Source of the DNA: Mobula hypostoma
Taxonomy: Eukaryota
DNA: 64,000 nt
Reading direction: 5' to 3'
NCBI RefSeq assembly: GCF_963921235.1
Contig: NC_086110.1
Span: 9,362,001 to 9,426,000, forward strand
Numbering within the stretch: the stretch's first letter is position 1; each line of letters opens with the position of its first letter. The notes beneath the pieces are model-generated. The model made no database searches. It saw only the letters and a list, made by a program, of their open reading frames with translations, and was not told the origin of the DNA. The position numbers and the translations under genes were made by a program. Positions 1 to 12,925 of this stretch are shown in pieces.

Positions 1-1218
1 CAGAAGATTAGTCAAGCACGATTTCCTCTTCGTAAATCCATGCTGACTTGGCCCAATCCTGTTACTACTATCCAGATGTGTCGTAATTTCATCTTTTATA
101 ATTGACTCCAGCATCTTTCCCACCACCGACGTCAGGCTAACCGGTCTATAATTCCCTGTTTTCTCTCTTCCTCCCTTCTTGAAGAGAGGGACAATATTAG
201 CCACCTTCCAATCCACAGGAACTGATCCTGAATCTATAGAACATTGGAAAATGATTACCAATGCGTACCCTGGGATGCAGACCATCAGGTCCCGGGGACT
301 TACAGCCTTCAGACCCAACAGCCTATCCAACACCATTTCCTGCCTAATATAAGTTTCCTTCAATTCATCCATTACCCTAGGTCCTTTGGCCACTATTATG
401 TCGGGGAGATTGTTTGTGTCTTCCCTAGTGAAGGCAGATCCAAAGTACCTGTTCAACTCGTCTGCCATTTCCTTGTTCCCCATGATAAATTCACCCGCTT
501 CTGTCTTCAAGGGCCCAATTTTGGTCTTAACTATTTTTTTCCTTTTCACATACCTAAAGAATCTTTTACTATCCTCCTTTATATTCTTGGCTAGTTTACC
601 TTCGTACCTCATTTTTTCTTCACGTATTGCCTTTTTAGTTACCTTCTGTTGCTCTTTAAAAGTTTCCCAATCCTCTGGCTTCCCACTAGTCTTTGTTATG
701 TTATACTTCTCTTTTATTTTTATACTGTCCGTTACTTCCCTTGTCAGCCACGGCCTCCCCTCACTCCCCTTAGGATCTTTCTTCCTCTTTGGAATGAAGT
801 GATCCTGCACCTTCCGCATTATTCCCAGAAACACTTGCCGTTGCTGTTCTACTGTCATCCCTGCTAAGGTATTGTTCCATTGAACTTTGGCCAGCTCCTC
901 CCTCATAGCACCATAGTTCCCTTTGTTCAACTGTAATACTGACACTTCCGAGTTTCCCTTCTCCCCCTCAAATTGTAGATTAAAACTTAGATTATGGTCA
1001 CTACCTCCTAATGGCTCCATTCCCTCGAGGTCCCTGATCAAATCCGGTTCATTGCACAACACTAAATCTAGAATTGCGTTCTCTCTGGTAGGCTCCAGTA
1101 CAAGCTGTTCTAAGAATCCATCTCGGAGGGACTCCACAAACTCCCTTTCTTGGGGTCCAGTACCATCCTGATTCCTCCAGTTTACCTGCATGTTGAAGTC
1201 CCCCATAACAACCGTACC
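1..1218 (-). mobile_element. CR1 LINE ORF2 fragment (endonuclease end to RT start), decayed
   Basis: Minus strand encodes VVMGDFN (endonuclease) near 1200 and the CR1 linker/RT motifs toward position 1; continues off the window edge. Confidence 0.85.
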
Positions 1219-3808
1219 TTGTCCCCCATACCTTTTAAGGTATGATTCCTTACAAGGCTTCTGGTGACAGGTGGTACTAATGGATGGAAGGCAGGCGGCA
1301 GTTCCTTTTCGGGACTACGTGGTGAGCGGCCATGGCCTTGACTAGTTCCACATGATTTTTGTGTTTTGCCCAAAATTCCGGATCTACCCAACTAAGGTCT
1401 GCTGGCCAGGGGGTGGGGGCTGATGGTAAGCAAAAATTACCTCCCCCCCCACTCCGGCCCCCACCCATAGTTGTCACTATAATTTCCAGAATCTGAAGTG
1501 AATAAGTGGACTCCAGGAGTAAAGCATTGGCTGGGTGACATGTCAGCTGGCACTTTCTTTCCTGTGGGCCCTAAGGCCCTAGGTCTTTGAGTGAAATTGG
1601 GGATTTCAGGGCGAGGGACACATGCATTGTCGAGGGCTGTGCCTCGACAAACAACTGGCTTTGAGTGTGTTCAATGCTGAGTCCAAGCTGACTTCCGCGG
1701 CCAGCGCTTCCAGACCAAAAGTAACAATTCCACTGAAGGTAACTGACCTGAGCTTCCCTCATGCGCAAAGACCAGTTTTTGATAATCGTCATCTGGGTCA
1801 GGATCGCGAAAGGTACAGTGCAACATAGTGGCAGCACAGCAAGTACTTACAAATTCCTCACATACCCTTTCCCTTTTATTTGCATTAATATGTCCTGCCA
1901 CAGCCAATTTCCCCACCAGCGACCTTCTATGTGTCAGGCTTATAATGCCACCTGAGTAACAGGGACCCCACTGTTTGATACATCATCGTGTGAAGCTCAG
2001 GGAACTTTTTATCATGTAACTCAAGAAACAATCCTTTGGGGGTGCAGTGGATAATGATGTCCAACTTATAAAGGGCCTGCAAGCCTAACAGACAAACTCA
2101 ACAGGATCATAAACAGAATGGACCATGGGGACTCTGGATGTCCCCACAGTAGTGACAGTTTCCGAACTTTTTGGGAGTACCACAGAAGAGCTTATAGAAA
2201 GGCCACAGATAATTGAATTGAATTGGCTTTATTTCTTACATCTTCACCTACATGAAGAGTAAAAATCTTTACGTTACATCTCAGTCTGAATGTGCAATTT
2301 ATAGTAATGTGTACTAAATGGTATGTACAACAGAACAGTCAGTATAGCTTAGAAATACAGTTGGGTCAGCGTGAATTACTCAGTCTGATGGCCTGGTGGA
2401 AGAAGCTGTCCTGGGGCCTGTTGGTCCTGGGCATTCTGATCGTCTAGGGGTATTCTGGCATTGGACTGCCCAAGTATCCTTAAAATGAGCTATAAAGTCC
2501 GCAAGGGATTCTCCTTTTTTTTTCTGTAGACATTGGGTAACTTAGCCAAAATCCCCGTGTTGTCGGGCTGTTATTAAAATGGGTTCCCTTACCTCAACGA
2601 CCCACTGTTCCATGGCTTGTCTTACATTGCCCCCTCCGATGATTCCCAGTCGCCTTCTGGGTTCTGTCTGGGAAGGAAGAATATGCTTTCGGTCCCTGCT
2701 GAAGAGGTTCCATATATAACCCTGAGGAGTGCACGCAAATCCCTGGGCAGGGGCTGGAAAATTTAGCAGGTCTGTGTGAGCCAATTATGAAACACCACTG
2801 GTTTTCTTAGCGGGTCAGGGGCATCACTAATCATATTCCGTACCTCAGTTGGGGTCCAGGACTTCAGCATTATGATTTCTCCCACCATTATTCAGGGAAC
2901 CTGACTGATATCTCCCCAGCTAGAGCTATCAGCTGCCTCAGCTCTTATTCCCTTTGATTTTGTTGTCTGCCTTGTCTGTTGCTGGCTAATTTGGGGAACC
3001 GACACAGAATACACCTCAGCAGGTGATTGTTGAAGCCGCTGTTGGGTGGCTGCAGCTACTTGAATGATCTCAGCGAGGTCTTGAGATGAATCATACGAGG
3101 GAGGGGGAGGAGGCAGAAGGAGTCCGCAACTGTGGGTACAGACCATTGGCGAGTCCCAGAGCCACGGCCGTCGGCGTCGTGGGTTTTAGAAGTAAATTCT
3201 TCCTTATGTTTCATTTTAGGTGGTTGGTATCGATTGGCCACTTCTCCCCATTTATTAAAACACCATATCATATAGTCGAGGTCTCAAGTGGAATCCCCGC
3301 TACCTGAATCAGTTGTGTCCTTCCAATATTTTATTTTTACCAGGTCAAAAGAACCTCCATAAGGCCAGTCCCCTTGACTTCAACCATACAAATCGCAAGA
3401 ATATGTAACAGAGTACCTGTTTCCAATCAAACCTTATCAGCGGGCGATCCCAGCAATTTCTTTGCCGCCTTGTACTTTTCAATATTTTTCATGATAATGT
3501 TGTTTATCGGTATTTTCGTTTTAGGATCACTCAGGCATTGCTCGTGAGGCACCATTCTTGCTGGTTTACCTGGTCAACTTACCAGGATGGTTACCCATCT
3601 TTTTCAGTCTTATATCTTCCTAAACAAATATTAATATATTCCTATGTCCCAGTTATCTCCCTGCTGATTATGACAATGAACATCTGGGTCACAAAAAGGA
3701 TCAGTTACATTTTAATACAATTTTAAATTTCAAAGTTCCCTGTCCCTTCTCCCAGTTTCTGTCTTACTTACCCTAACTCAGCAACACTGGTCACCGGCTG
3801 GTAAGGGT

Positions 3809-3926
3809 CAACCTTGTCTACCACATTCCCGAGTCCTGAATCTCATCTTTTAGGGCAATCTCATGGGCAACCTTGTCTAGCACAGTCCCGGTCCTGAATT
3901 CCATCTTTTGGGGCAATCTCATGGGT
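3809..3926. repeat. Two diverged 59-bp tandem units in the ERV leader
   Basis: CAACCTTGTCTA...GGGCAATCTCATGGG starts at 3809 and again at 3868. Confidence 0.8.
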
Positions 3927-3990
3927 GGCTGCTTTCCCTTCCAAGGGGCCAATTTCTCGGTCAGGTGTTTGCTATATCCTGTTTAAAGGG

Positions 3991-4008
3991 ATCCCATCCT
4001 CATCGCCA
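3991..4008 (-). promoter_or_regulatory. Primer-binding site complementary to tRNA-Ser(GCT)
   Basis: Minus strand TGGCGATGAGGATGGGAT, 17/18 match to the complement of the vertebrate tRNA-Ser 3' end as recalled, 4 nt after the LTR-terminal CA. Confidence 0.75.
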
Positions 4009-4439
4009 ATATTGTCAGGACAAATCAAATAACATTCGGACCCAACTATTGGATAGTGTCGGGAATTCAGAACAACACTTGGACCTAGATATTCGATTGT
4101 CTTTTATTTCCGTGGCCACATGAGAATCGTCTCTGAGAGCAGTGATTCTGAATTATGCAGTCCATAATACACCCTTTTCAGACAGCTACAGACTTCAAGT
4201 AAAGGTTTCCTGATGAGGTAAACAGATGTAGCAGTCCAAGCATTTGTGAGACTAGCTTCTCACAACAAGCCCTGCAGGGGGGAAGGTGGTTTGCAATTAG
4301 TTCAGCATCTTACGGTATGTTGAAATAATATTTGGTTTTCCATACTCCCCTTTATCGACATTTCCTGTTCTCATCTGCAAGAACATTCAGCAATCACACA
4401 TTATCACTAACCCTCTAAATTCCCTCATAAAGTTGATGT

Positions 4440-4726
4440 TGTAGCAGTGTGCTACACACAGCGCTAGAATAACCACACGGAGTCGGTGAGTTAGAGTTGC
4501 GATGAAAGAGATTTATTCAAACTTCGCGGCCTGCTTTTAAAGCCTTCCCATTCCCGCCCTCCCTGGGGCAGGATTGCTGTGGGGAATGCATATTCCCAGA
4601 CCCTTTCCGCGTGCGGGATTTTCCCCCTGCTGGTAAAGATGGCCTGGCGCCCTTTCTGGTGCCGGCCCTCTGCCTACGCGCGCTGTTGTGAGCCGGTTCG
4701 TGTACGCTAGAAAGTGGGTCGCCACA
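4440..4726 (-). repeat. 3' LTR of the CsRn1-type element
   Basis: TGTAGC...GCCACA; about a dozen differences from 8346-8631 by eye. Confidence 0.95.
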
Positions 4727-7101
4727 TAACCCGCCCCCCCCCCACAGAACCGGCGATACCTCCCCCAATGTCCACCGTCTGGATCGGCCTCTGTTTGGGA
4801 GGTCTGCCCCTGGGCCGCAGTGCCTGAGCCTGGACCGGCTGTGCCAAGTCCACATGGGCCGGTTTGAGTCGGTCCACCATGAAAACCTCCTCTCTCCCCC
4901 CAATGTCCAGCACGAACGTGGACCCGTTGTTCCTGATCACCTTAAACAGCCCCTCGTAGGGCCGCCGTAGCGGTGCCCGGTGTCCGCCTCATCGTACAAA
5001 AAGAAACTTGCAGTTCTGCAGGTCTTTGGGTACGCAGGTCGGGCTCTGTCCGTGCTGTGAAGTGGGTATGGGGGCCAGGTTACCGAGTCTCTCCCGTAGT
5101 CTGTCCAGGCCCCTCCAGGTGGGCCATGAGAGCCGACTTCAGGTGATGGTGGAAATGCTCCACTAGTCCGTTCGACTGTGGGTGGCAGGCAGTTGTGTGG
5201 TGTAGCTGTGATCCTAAAAGGTTGGCCATAGCCGACCACAGGCTGGAGGTGAACTGGGCGCCCCTGTCAGAGGTAATGTGAACCGGTACCCCGAAGTGGG
5301 CTACCCAGGTTGCGATCAGTGCTCGGGCGCAGGATTCGGAGGTGGTGTCGGTGAGCAGGACTGCCTCTGGCCATCTGGTGAACCGGTCTATCATAGTTAG
5401 GAGGTACCGCGCTCCTCGCGACACTGGCAGGGGCCCCACGATATCCACATGGATGTGGTCGAACCTCCGGTGGGTGGGTTCGAACTGCTGTGGCGGAGCC
5501 TTGGTGTGCCGCTGCACCTTGGCCGTTTGGCACTGCATGTATGTTTTGGCCCATTCCCTGACCTGTTTACGAAGCCCATGCCGCACGAATCTGTTGGAGA
5601 CCAGCTGGACGGTTGTCCTGATGGAAGGGTGCGCTAAGTTGTGAATGGATTCAAAAACCTGCCGGCGCCAGGCTGCTGGGACGACGGGGCGGGGTTGGCC
5701 GGTAGCTACGTCACATAGTAGGGTCCTCTCACCTTGGCCTACGGGGAGGTCTTGGAGCTGTAAATCGGAGGCTGCAGTCCTGTAACTGGGGATCTCAGCG
5801 TCTCCCTGCTGTGCCTCTGCCAGCGCTGCATAGTCCACCCCCTGGGACAGGGCCTGTATGGTAGGTCTGGATAGTGCGTCTGCCACAACGTTGTCCTTTC
5901 CAGAGACATGCCGGATGTCCGGTGTGTACTCGGAGATGTAGGACAGATGTCGCTGCTGGCGGGACGACCAGGGGTCGGACACCTTCGTGAACGCAAAGGT
6001 GAGCGGTTTGTGGTCTGTGAACGCGGTGAAGGGCCTACCTTCTAAGAAGTACCTGAAATGCCGGATTGCCAGGTATAGTGCCAATAGCTCCCGGTCGAAA
6101 GCACTGTATTTGAGTTCCGGTGGTCGTAGGTGTTTGCTGAAGAACGCCAGAGGTTGCCAGCGACCCTCGATGAGTTGTTCCAGCACTCCACCGACTGCTG
6201 TGTTAGATGCGTCCACCGTGAGGGCAGTAGGAACGTCCGTTCTGGGGTGCACTAGCATCGCAACGTTTGCCAAGGCTTCTTTGGTTTTAACAAAAGCGGT
6301 TGCGGCCTCTTCGTTCCAGGTAATGTCCTTCCCCTTACCCGACATTAGAGTGAACAGGGGGCGCATGGTTCAGGCTGCTGAGGGGAGGAAACGGTGGTAG
6401 AAATTCACCATACCCACGAATTCCTGCAAGCCTTTGATTGTGTTGGGTAGGGGGAAGTTGCAGACTGCGTCTACCTTGGTGGGCAGCGGGGTTGCCCCGT
6501 CTTTAGTAATCCTGTGGCCCAGGAAGTCGATGGTATCGACTCCGAACTGGCACTTGGCTGGGTTGATTGTAAGGCCGAATTCGCTCAGGCGGGAGTAGAG
6601 CTGGCGGAGGTGGGACAGATGCTCCTGCCGTCTACTGCTGGCTATGAGGATGTCGTCCAAATAGATGAATGCAAAGTCCAGGTGGCGTCCCACCGCGTCC
6701 ATTAACCGCTGAAAAGTCTGTGCGGCATTCTTTAGACCAAACGGCATTCGGAGGAATTCGAAAAGTCCGAACGGGGTGATAAGTGCTGCTTTGGAGATGT
6801 CGTCCGGATGTACAGGGATTTGATGGTATCCCCGGACGAGGTCTACCTCGGAAAAGATCCTTGCGCCGTGTAGGTTTGCTGCGAAGTCTTGAATGTGTGG
6901 CACAGGGTAGCGGTCTGACGTTGTAGCCTCGTTCAGCCTGCGGTAGTCACTGCATGGTCTCCAGCCCCCCGTTGCCTTGGGCACCATGTGCAGGGGGGGA
7001 GGCCCATGGGCTGTCGGACCGTCGTATGATCCCCAATTCCTCCATCTTCTTGAATTCCTCCTTCGCCAGTCGGAGCTTGTCCGGGGGAAGCCTTCGAGCA
7101 C
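4707..7101 (-). pseudogene. Gypsy pol (RT-RNase H-integrase), disrupted
   Basis: RT YLDD (6370-7101); RNase H DAS and TDHKPL; integrase VDIVGP, SDRGAQF, NGLVE (5080-6366); GPY/F tail (4707-4940). One in-frame TGA at 6370-6372 (probably CGA>TGA) plus frameshifts. Confidence 0.92.
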
Positions 7102-7144
7102 GGGCGTGGAGGGGTGGTCCCTGGGTCTGGATGTGGTGCTGTAC

Positions 7145-8365
7145 TCAGTGTCTGGGCATGGCTGCTGTGAACTGCGGTGTCAGTACTGATGGGAAATCCG
7201 CCAGGACCCTAGTGAAGTCATCGTTGGACAGTGTGATGGAGTCCAGGTGTGGGGCTGGCAACTTTGCTTCACCCAGGGAGAACGTTTGAAAAGTCTTGGC
7301 GTGGACGAGTCGCTTCCCTTGCAGGTCGATCAGCAGGCTGTGGGCTCGTAGAAAATCCGCCCCGAGGAGTGGTTGGGCCACGGCGGCCAGTGTGAAGTCC
7401 CATGTGAAGCAGCTGGAGCTGAACTGTAGCTGCATCGTGCGGGTACCGTAGGTTCGTATTATGCTGCCATTTGTGGCCCTCAGGGTGGGTCCCAGTTCTC
7501 TGTTGCGGGTGTCGTAACTCGTTGGCGGTAAAACGCTGATCTCCGCTCCGGTGTCGACCAAAAATCGGCATCCCGACTGATTGTCCCAGACGTACAGGAG
7601 GCTGTCCTGATGGCCAGCCGCCATAGCGATTGGCGGCGGCTGGGCCTTGGCGTTTCCCGGGAATTTGCAGGGTGGTCTACAGCGGCAGGCCTCTGTGCCC
7701 CACCGCTGGTGGTAGAAGCACCATTGTTCATTGGGCTCTGCTGCCAGGCCTGGTCTGGTCTGCCATTGGGCACGCGGCTTGGTGATCTGTGTGACGGATG
7801 CCCCTCTCTCCTTCTTGGCATTCCACAGCACATCTGCTCGGGCCGCCACCTCCCGGGGATCGCTGAAATCTGCGTCGGACAGCAGCAGGCGTATGTCCTC
7901 GGGCAGTTGCTCTAGGAATGCCTGCTCAAACATGAGGCAGGGTTTGTGTCCTTCAGCCAGGGCCAGCATTTCGTTCATTAATGCCGATGGCGGCCTGTCT
8001 CCCAAACCTTCCAGGTGCATTAAGCGGGCAGCTCGTTCGCGCCGTGAGAGTCCGAAAGTCCTTATGAGCAGGGCTTTGAATGCTGTGTATTTGCCGTTCT
8101 CCGGAGGCGACTGTATAAACTCCTCAACTTGTGCAGCAGTCTCCTGGTCGAGGGAGCTCAGCACGTAGTAGTAGCGAGTGGACTCCGAGGTTATCTGCCG
8201 AATGTGGAATTGTGCTTCTGCCTGTTCCAACCACAGACAGGGTTTCCGCGGCCAAAAGCCTGGCAGTTGTAACGAAACTGCATGAACAGATGCGGCGTCA
8301 GTCATCTCTGGCTCAAATATCGTTTGGGCCGTCGGGGTCACCAAATGTAGCGGCGTGCTACACAC
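7145..8365 (-). CDS. Gypsy Gag-protease ORF (406 aa)
   Basis: LQLPGFWPRKPCLWLEQAEAQF Gag start, CFYHQRWGTEACRCRPPC (Cx2Hx9Cx3C) motif, FLVDTGA protease active site. Confidence 0.85.
   Translation of the reverse strand: MCSTPLHLVTPTAQTIFEPEMTDAASVHAVSLQLPGFWPRKPCLWLEQAEAQFHIRQITSESTRYYYVLSSLDQETAAQVEEFIQSPPENGKYTAFKALLIRTFGLSRRERAARLMHLEGLGDRPPSALMNEMLALAEGHKPCLMFEQAFLEQLPEDIRLLLSDADFSDPREVAARADVLWNAKKERGASVTQITKPRAQWQTRPGLAAEPNEQWCFYHQRWGTEACRCRPPCKFPGNAKAQPPPIAMAAGHQDSLLYVWDNQSGCRFLVDTGAEISVLPPTSYDTRNRELGPTLRATNGSIIRTYGTRTMQLQFSSSCFTWDFTLAAVAQPLLGADFLRAHSLLIDLQGKRLVHAKTFQTFSLGEAKLPAPHLDSITLSNDDFTRVLADFPSVLTPQFTAAMPRH
8330..8343 (-). promoter_or_regulatory. Primer-binding site complementary to tRNA-Trp
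   Basis: Minus strand TGGTGACCCCGACG, 2 nt after the 5' LTR. Confidence 0.85.
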
Positions 8366-8631
8366 AGCGCTAGAATAACCACATGGAGTCGGTGAGTTAC
8401 AGTTGCGATGAAAGAGATTTATTCAAACTTCGCAGCCTGCTTTTAAAGCCTTCCCATTCCCGCCCTCCCTGGGGCGGGATTGCTGTGGGGAATGCATATT
8501 CCCAGACCCTTTCCGCGCGCGGGATTTCCCCCGGTTGGTGAAGATGGCCTGGCGCCCTTTCTGGTGCCGGCCCTCTGCCTACGCGCGCTGTTGTGAGCCG
8601 GTTCATGTGCGCTAGAAAGTGGGTCGCCACA
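8346..8631 (-). repeat. 5' LTR of the CsRn1-type element
   Basis: Direct repeat of 4440-4726, adjacent to the PBS. Confidence 0.95.
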
Positions 8632-9000
8632 ATGTCTTATTTTTGACTGCAGGAAAAGGTTGGCTTCATTACTTAGGCTGAATAACTATCAATACAGTTG
8701 GCACAGGTGGTTCTCAGTTGATTGCTGGTGGCATGTGGGCATGCTGACTTTGTGCTTCAAAGTGATATCACTGAATAAAGTACAAATAAAAATCGGACAA
8801 GAAAGTTGTAGTCGTAGGTCATCCGGCAGGTTTTTTAAATACACCTGAGTAGCACTACCATTTGTGTGCTGGCCATGACATCTAAGCAAAATGTGGGTAA
8901 GACCAAGAATTTAAAAACAGCTGGAGACTGGTTCTACACATACTCAATGAACAGCAAATAAAGAATGTAAAAGTACATCAGTCATGATTTTCTTTTACAG

Positions 9001-9129
9001 AGCCTGGTGTCCCTGTTTGCCGAGGAGAACTACGATATTGGAAAAATGGATACTACACACTTATACATAACACCAATATGGAAAACACAGAGTTTTCCCT
9101 GGACCTGTTGTTGAGCTGTGGCTGCAAAG
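9001..9129 (+). CDS. OGFOD1: OGFOD1 internal exon (C-terminal domain), phase 1-1
   Basis: TTTTCTTTTACAG acceptor, AAG|GTAAGT donor. Encodes [42 protein letters not shown], matching human [21 protein letters not shown]...EFALDLILYCGCE as recalled. Confidence 0.92.
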
Positions 9130-9323
9130 GTAAGTGTCAATGATTTTAGACTACAACAAATGCATTACTCATCTAGTGTGATTTTGATTAACTAGTGGTT
9201 TTGGGATCTGTGTTGTACAGCAACTGGACATCATCAAGGAGGCTGACCAACCATTGACTTTAAATCCTATCACAGAGTGCCGTTTAGGAAAGCGAAATCT
9301 TATACTAACAGTCTACTTTTCAG

Positions 9324-12300
9324 AGAATAGTACAGCACAGTACAGGCCCTTCGGCCCACAATGTTGTGCCGACTCTCAAACCCTTCCTCCCATATAAACC
9401 CCCACCTTAAATTCCTCCATATACCTGTCAAGTAGTCTCTTAAATTTCACTAGTGTATCTGCCTCCACCACTGACTCAGACAGTACATTCCACGCACCAA
9501 CCACTCTCTGAGTAAAAAAACCTTCCTCTAATATCCCCCTTGAACTTCCCACCCCTTACCTTAAAGCCATGTCCTCTTGTATTGAGCACTGGTGCCCTGG
9601 GGAAGAGGTGCTGGCTATCCACTCTACCTATTCCTCTTAATATCTTGTACATCTCTATCATGTCTCCTCTCACCCTCCTTCTCTCCAAAGAGTAAAGCCC
9701 TAGCTCCCATAATTTCTGATCATAATTCATACTCTGTAAACCAGGCAGCATCCTGGTAAATCTCCTCTGTATCCTTTCCAATGCTTCCACATCCTTCCTA
9801 TAGTGAGGTGACCAGAACTGGACACAGTACTTCAAGTGCGGCCTAACCAGAGTTTTATAGAGCTGCATCATTACCTCATGACTCTTAAACTCCTTCCCTT
9901 GACTTATGAATGCTAACACCCCATAAGCTTTCTTAACTACCCTGTCTACCTGTGAGGCCACTTTCAGGGATCTATGGACATGTACCCCCAGATCCCTCTG
10001 CTCCTCCGCGCTACCAAGTATCCTGCCATTTACTTTGTACTCTGCCTTGGAGTTTGTCCTTCCAAAGTGTACCACCTCACACTTCTCCTGGTTGAACTCC
10101 ATCTGCCACTCATCAGCCCACTTCTGCATCCTATCAATGTCTCTCTGCAGTCTTCGACAATCCTCTACGCTATCTATAACACCACCAACCTTTGTGTCGT
10201 CTGCAAACTTGCCAACCCACCCTTCTACCCCCACATCCAGGTCGTTAATAAAAATCACAAAAAATAGAGGCCCCAGGACCAATCCTTGTGGGACACCACA
10301 AGTCACAACCCTCCAATCCGAATATACTCTCTCCACCACGACCCCCTGACTTCTGTAGGCAAACCAATTCTGAATTAACCTGGCCAAACTTCACTGGATC
10401 CCATGCCTTCTGACTTTATGAGTAAGCCTACTGTGTAGAACCTTGTCAAATGCCTTACTAAAATCCATGTAGATCACATCTACTACACTACCCTCATCTA
10501 TATGCTTGGTCACCTTCTCAAACAACTCTATCAGGCTTGTTAGACACGATCTACCCTTCACAAAGCCATGCTGACTGTTCCTGATCAGACCATGATTCTC
10601 TGAATGCCCATAGATCCTATCTCTTAAGATTCTTTTCCAACAGCTTTCCCACCACAGATGTAAGGCTCACTGGTCGATAATTACCCGGACTATCACTACT
10701 ACCTTTTTTGAACAAGGGGACAGCATTCGCCTCCCTCCAATCCTCCGGTACCAATCCTGTGGACAATGAGGACATAAAGATCCAAGCCAGAGGCTCAGCA
10801 ATCTCTTCCCTCGCCTCATGGAGCAGCCTGGGGAATATTCCGTCAGGCCCTGGGGACTTATCCGTCGTAATGTATTTTAACAACTCCAACACCTCCTCTC
10901 CCTTAATATCAACATGCTCCAGAACATCAACCTCACTCATGTTGTCCTCACCATCATCGAGTTCTCTCACATTGGTGAATACTGAAGAGAAGTATTCATT
11001 GAGGACCTCGCTCACATCCACAGACCCCAGGCACATCTTCCCACCCTTATCTCTAATGGGTCCTACCTTCACTCCTGTCATCCTTTTGTTCTTCACATAA
11101 TTGAAGAATGCCTTGGGGTTTTCCTTTACCCTACTCTCCAAGGCCTTCTCATGCCCCCTTCTTGCTCTCCTCAGCTCCTTCCTAAGCTCCTTTCTTGATA
11201 CCCTATATTCCTCAATCGACCCATCTGATCCTTGCTTCCTAAACCTCATGTATGCTGCCTTCTTCCACCTGACTAGATTTTCCACTTCACTTGGTCCCCA
11301 TGGTTCCTTCACCCTACCACTTTATCTTCCTCACCGGGACAAATTTATCCCTAACATCTTGCAAGAGATCCCTAAACATCGACCACATGTCCATAGTACA
11401 TTTCCCTGCAAAAACATCATCCCAATTCACACCTGCAAGTTGTAGCCTTATAGCCTCATAATTTGCCCTTTCCCAATTAAAAATTTTCCTGTCCAGTCTG
11501 ATTCTATCCTTTTCCATGATAATGCTAAAGGAAGTGGTGGTCACTGTTCCCCAGATACTCACCCACAGAGACATCTGTGACCTGACCCGGTTCGTTACCT
11601 AATACTAGATCTAGTATGGCATTCCCCCTAGTCGGCCCGTCAACATACTGTGACAGGAGCCCGTCCTGGACACACCTAACAAACTCTGCCCCGTCTAAAC
11701 TCTTGAAACTAATCAGGTGCCAATCAATATTTGGGAAGTTAAAGTCACCCATGATAGGAACCCTGTTATTTTTGCACCTTTCCAAAATCTGCCTCCCAAT
11801 CTGCTCCTCGGTAACTCTGCTGCTACCAAGGGGCCTATAGAATACTCCCAGTAGAGTAACTGCTCTCTTCCTCTTCCTGACTTCCACCCATACTGACTCA
11901 AAAGAGGATCCTGCTAGATTACCCACCCTTTCTGTAGCTGTAATAGTATCCCTGACCAGTAATGCCACCCCTCCTCCCCTTCCCTCCCCCCATCCCTTTT
12001 AAAGCACTGAAATCCAGGAATATTGAGAATCCATTCCTGCCCTGGTGCCAGCCAAGTCTCTGTAATGGCCACTACATCATAATTCCATTTATGTATCCAA
12101 GCTCTCAGTTCATCACCTTTGTTCCTGATGCTTCTTGCATTGAAGTACATGCACTTTAGCCCTTCTACCGCACTACCTTTACACCCTTTATTCTGCTTCT
12201 CTTTCCTCAAAGCCTCTCTATATGTTAGATCTGGCTTTACTCCATGCACTTCTTTCACAGCTCTATCGCTCCGGGTCCCAACCCTCTTGCAAATTAGTTT

Positions 12301-12925
12301 AAACCCTCCCGAACCATGCTAGCAAACCAACCTGCAAGGATATTGCTCCCCCTCGAGTTCAGGTGCAACCCATCCAATCTGTAGAGGTCCCACCTTCCCC
12401 AGAAGAGATCCCAATGATCCAAAAATCTAAAACCCTGTCCCCTGCACCAACTCCTCAGCCACGCATTCAACTGCCATGTCCTCCAATTCTTACCATCACT
12501 ATCACGTAGCACTGGCAGCAGTCCTGAGAACGCCACCCTTGAGGTCCTGTTCTTCAGCCTTCTGCCTAGTTCCCAAAACTCAGACTTAAGAACCTCATCC
12601 CTCTTCCTGCCTATGTCGTTGGTGCTAACATGTATCACGACTTCTGGTTGCTTTCCCTCTCGTACCAGGATGTCGTGCACCCGGTCAGAGACATCCCGGA
12701 CCCTGGCACCTGGGAGGCAACAAACCATGCGGGTGTCCTTCTTATGCCGACAAAATCTCCTGTCTGCTCCCCAGACTATAGAGTCTGCAATGACGACAGT
12801 TCTCCTCTTCTCCGTCCCACCCTTCTGCACCACAGGGTCAGACTCAGTGCCAGAGGCCCTGCCACCGTGGCTCACACCTGGTCGGTCGTCCCCGCCAACA
12901 GTATCCAGGACACCAATGGTTCTGA
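9324..12925 (-). mobile_element. Near full-length CR1 LINE (ORF1 SGNH esterase remnant + ORF2 endonuclease-RT), frameshifted
   Basis: ORF1 IADSIV/STNDI/DGLHL (12294-12971); endonuclease NARSIRNK, ETWL, GDFN, SDH; RT KSPGPDG, QGLVLGP, FADD; 3' UTR with CTGTACTATTCT-type tail at 9324. Confidence 0.93.

Larger units (their letters stand above)
1219..4130 (-). mobile_element. Decayed class I (gamma/epsilon-like) endogenous retrovirus: LTR R-U5, PBS, leader, gag, pro remnant, RT N-terminus
   Basis: Minus strand: AATAAA near 4105, LTR end ...CTGACA at 4013, PBS, matrix-like WPYGGSFDLVKI near 3350, PPPPSY late domain near 3090, RT start VDPEFWAK..N.V.L.K and LPSIH*YHLSPEAL*GIIP near 1390-1240. Many stops and frameshifts; the right-hand LTR boundary was not found. 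Confidence 0.7.
4440..8631 (-). mobile_element. Full-length Ty3/Gypsy LTR retrotransposon, CsRn1-type
   Basis: Two ~287-bp TG...CA LTRs, 4-bp TSD ATGT (4436-4439, 8632-8635), tRNA-Trp PBS, G-rich PPT at 4727-4745, gag-PR-RT-RH-IN order. Confidence 0.95.

Noticed and set aside
4140-4320. Possible upstream OGFOD1 exon near 4.2 kb (and the AG at 8651)
   Set aside because: Splice-like signals exist but no frame resembles OGFOD1; the region may be ERV LTR.
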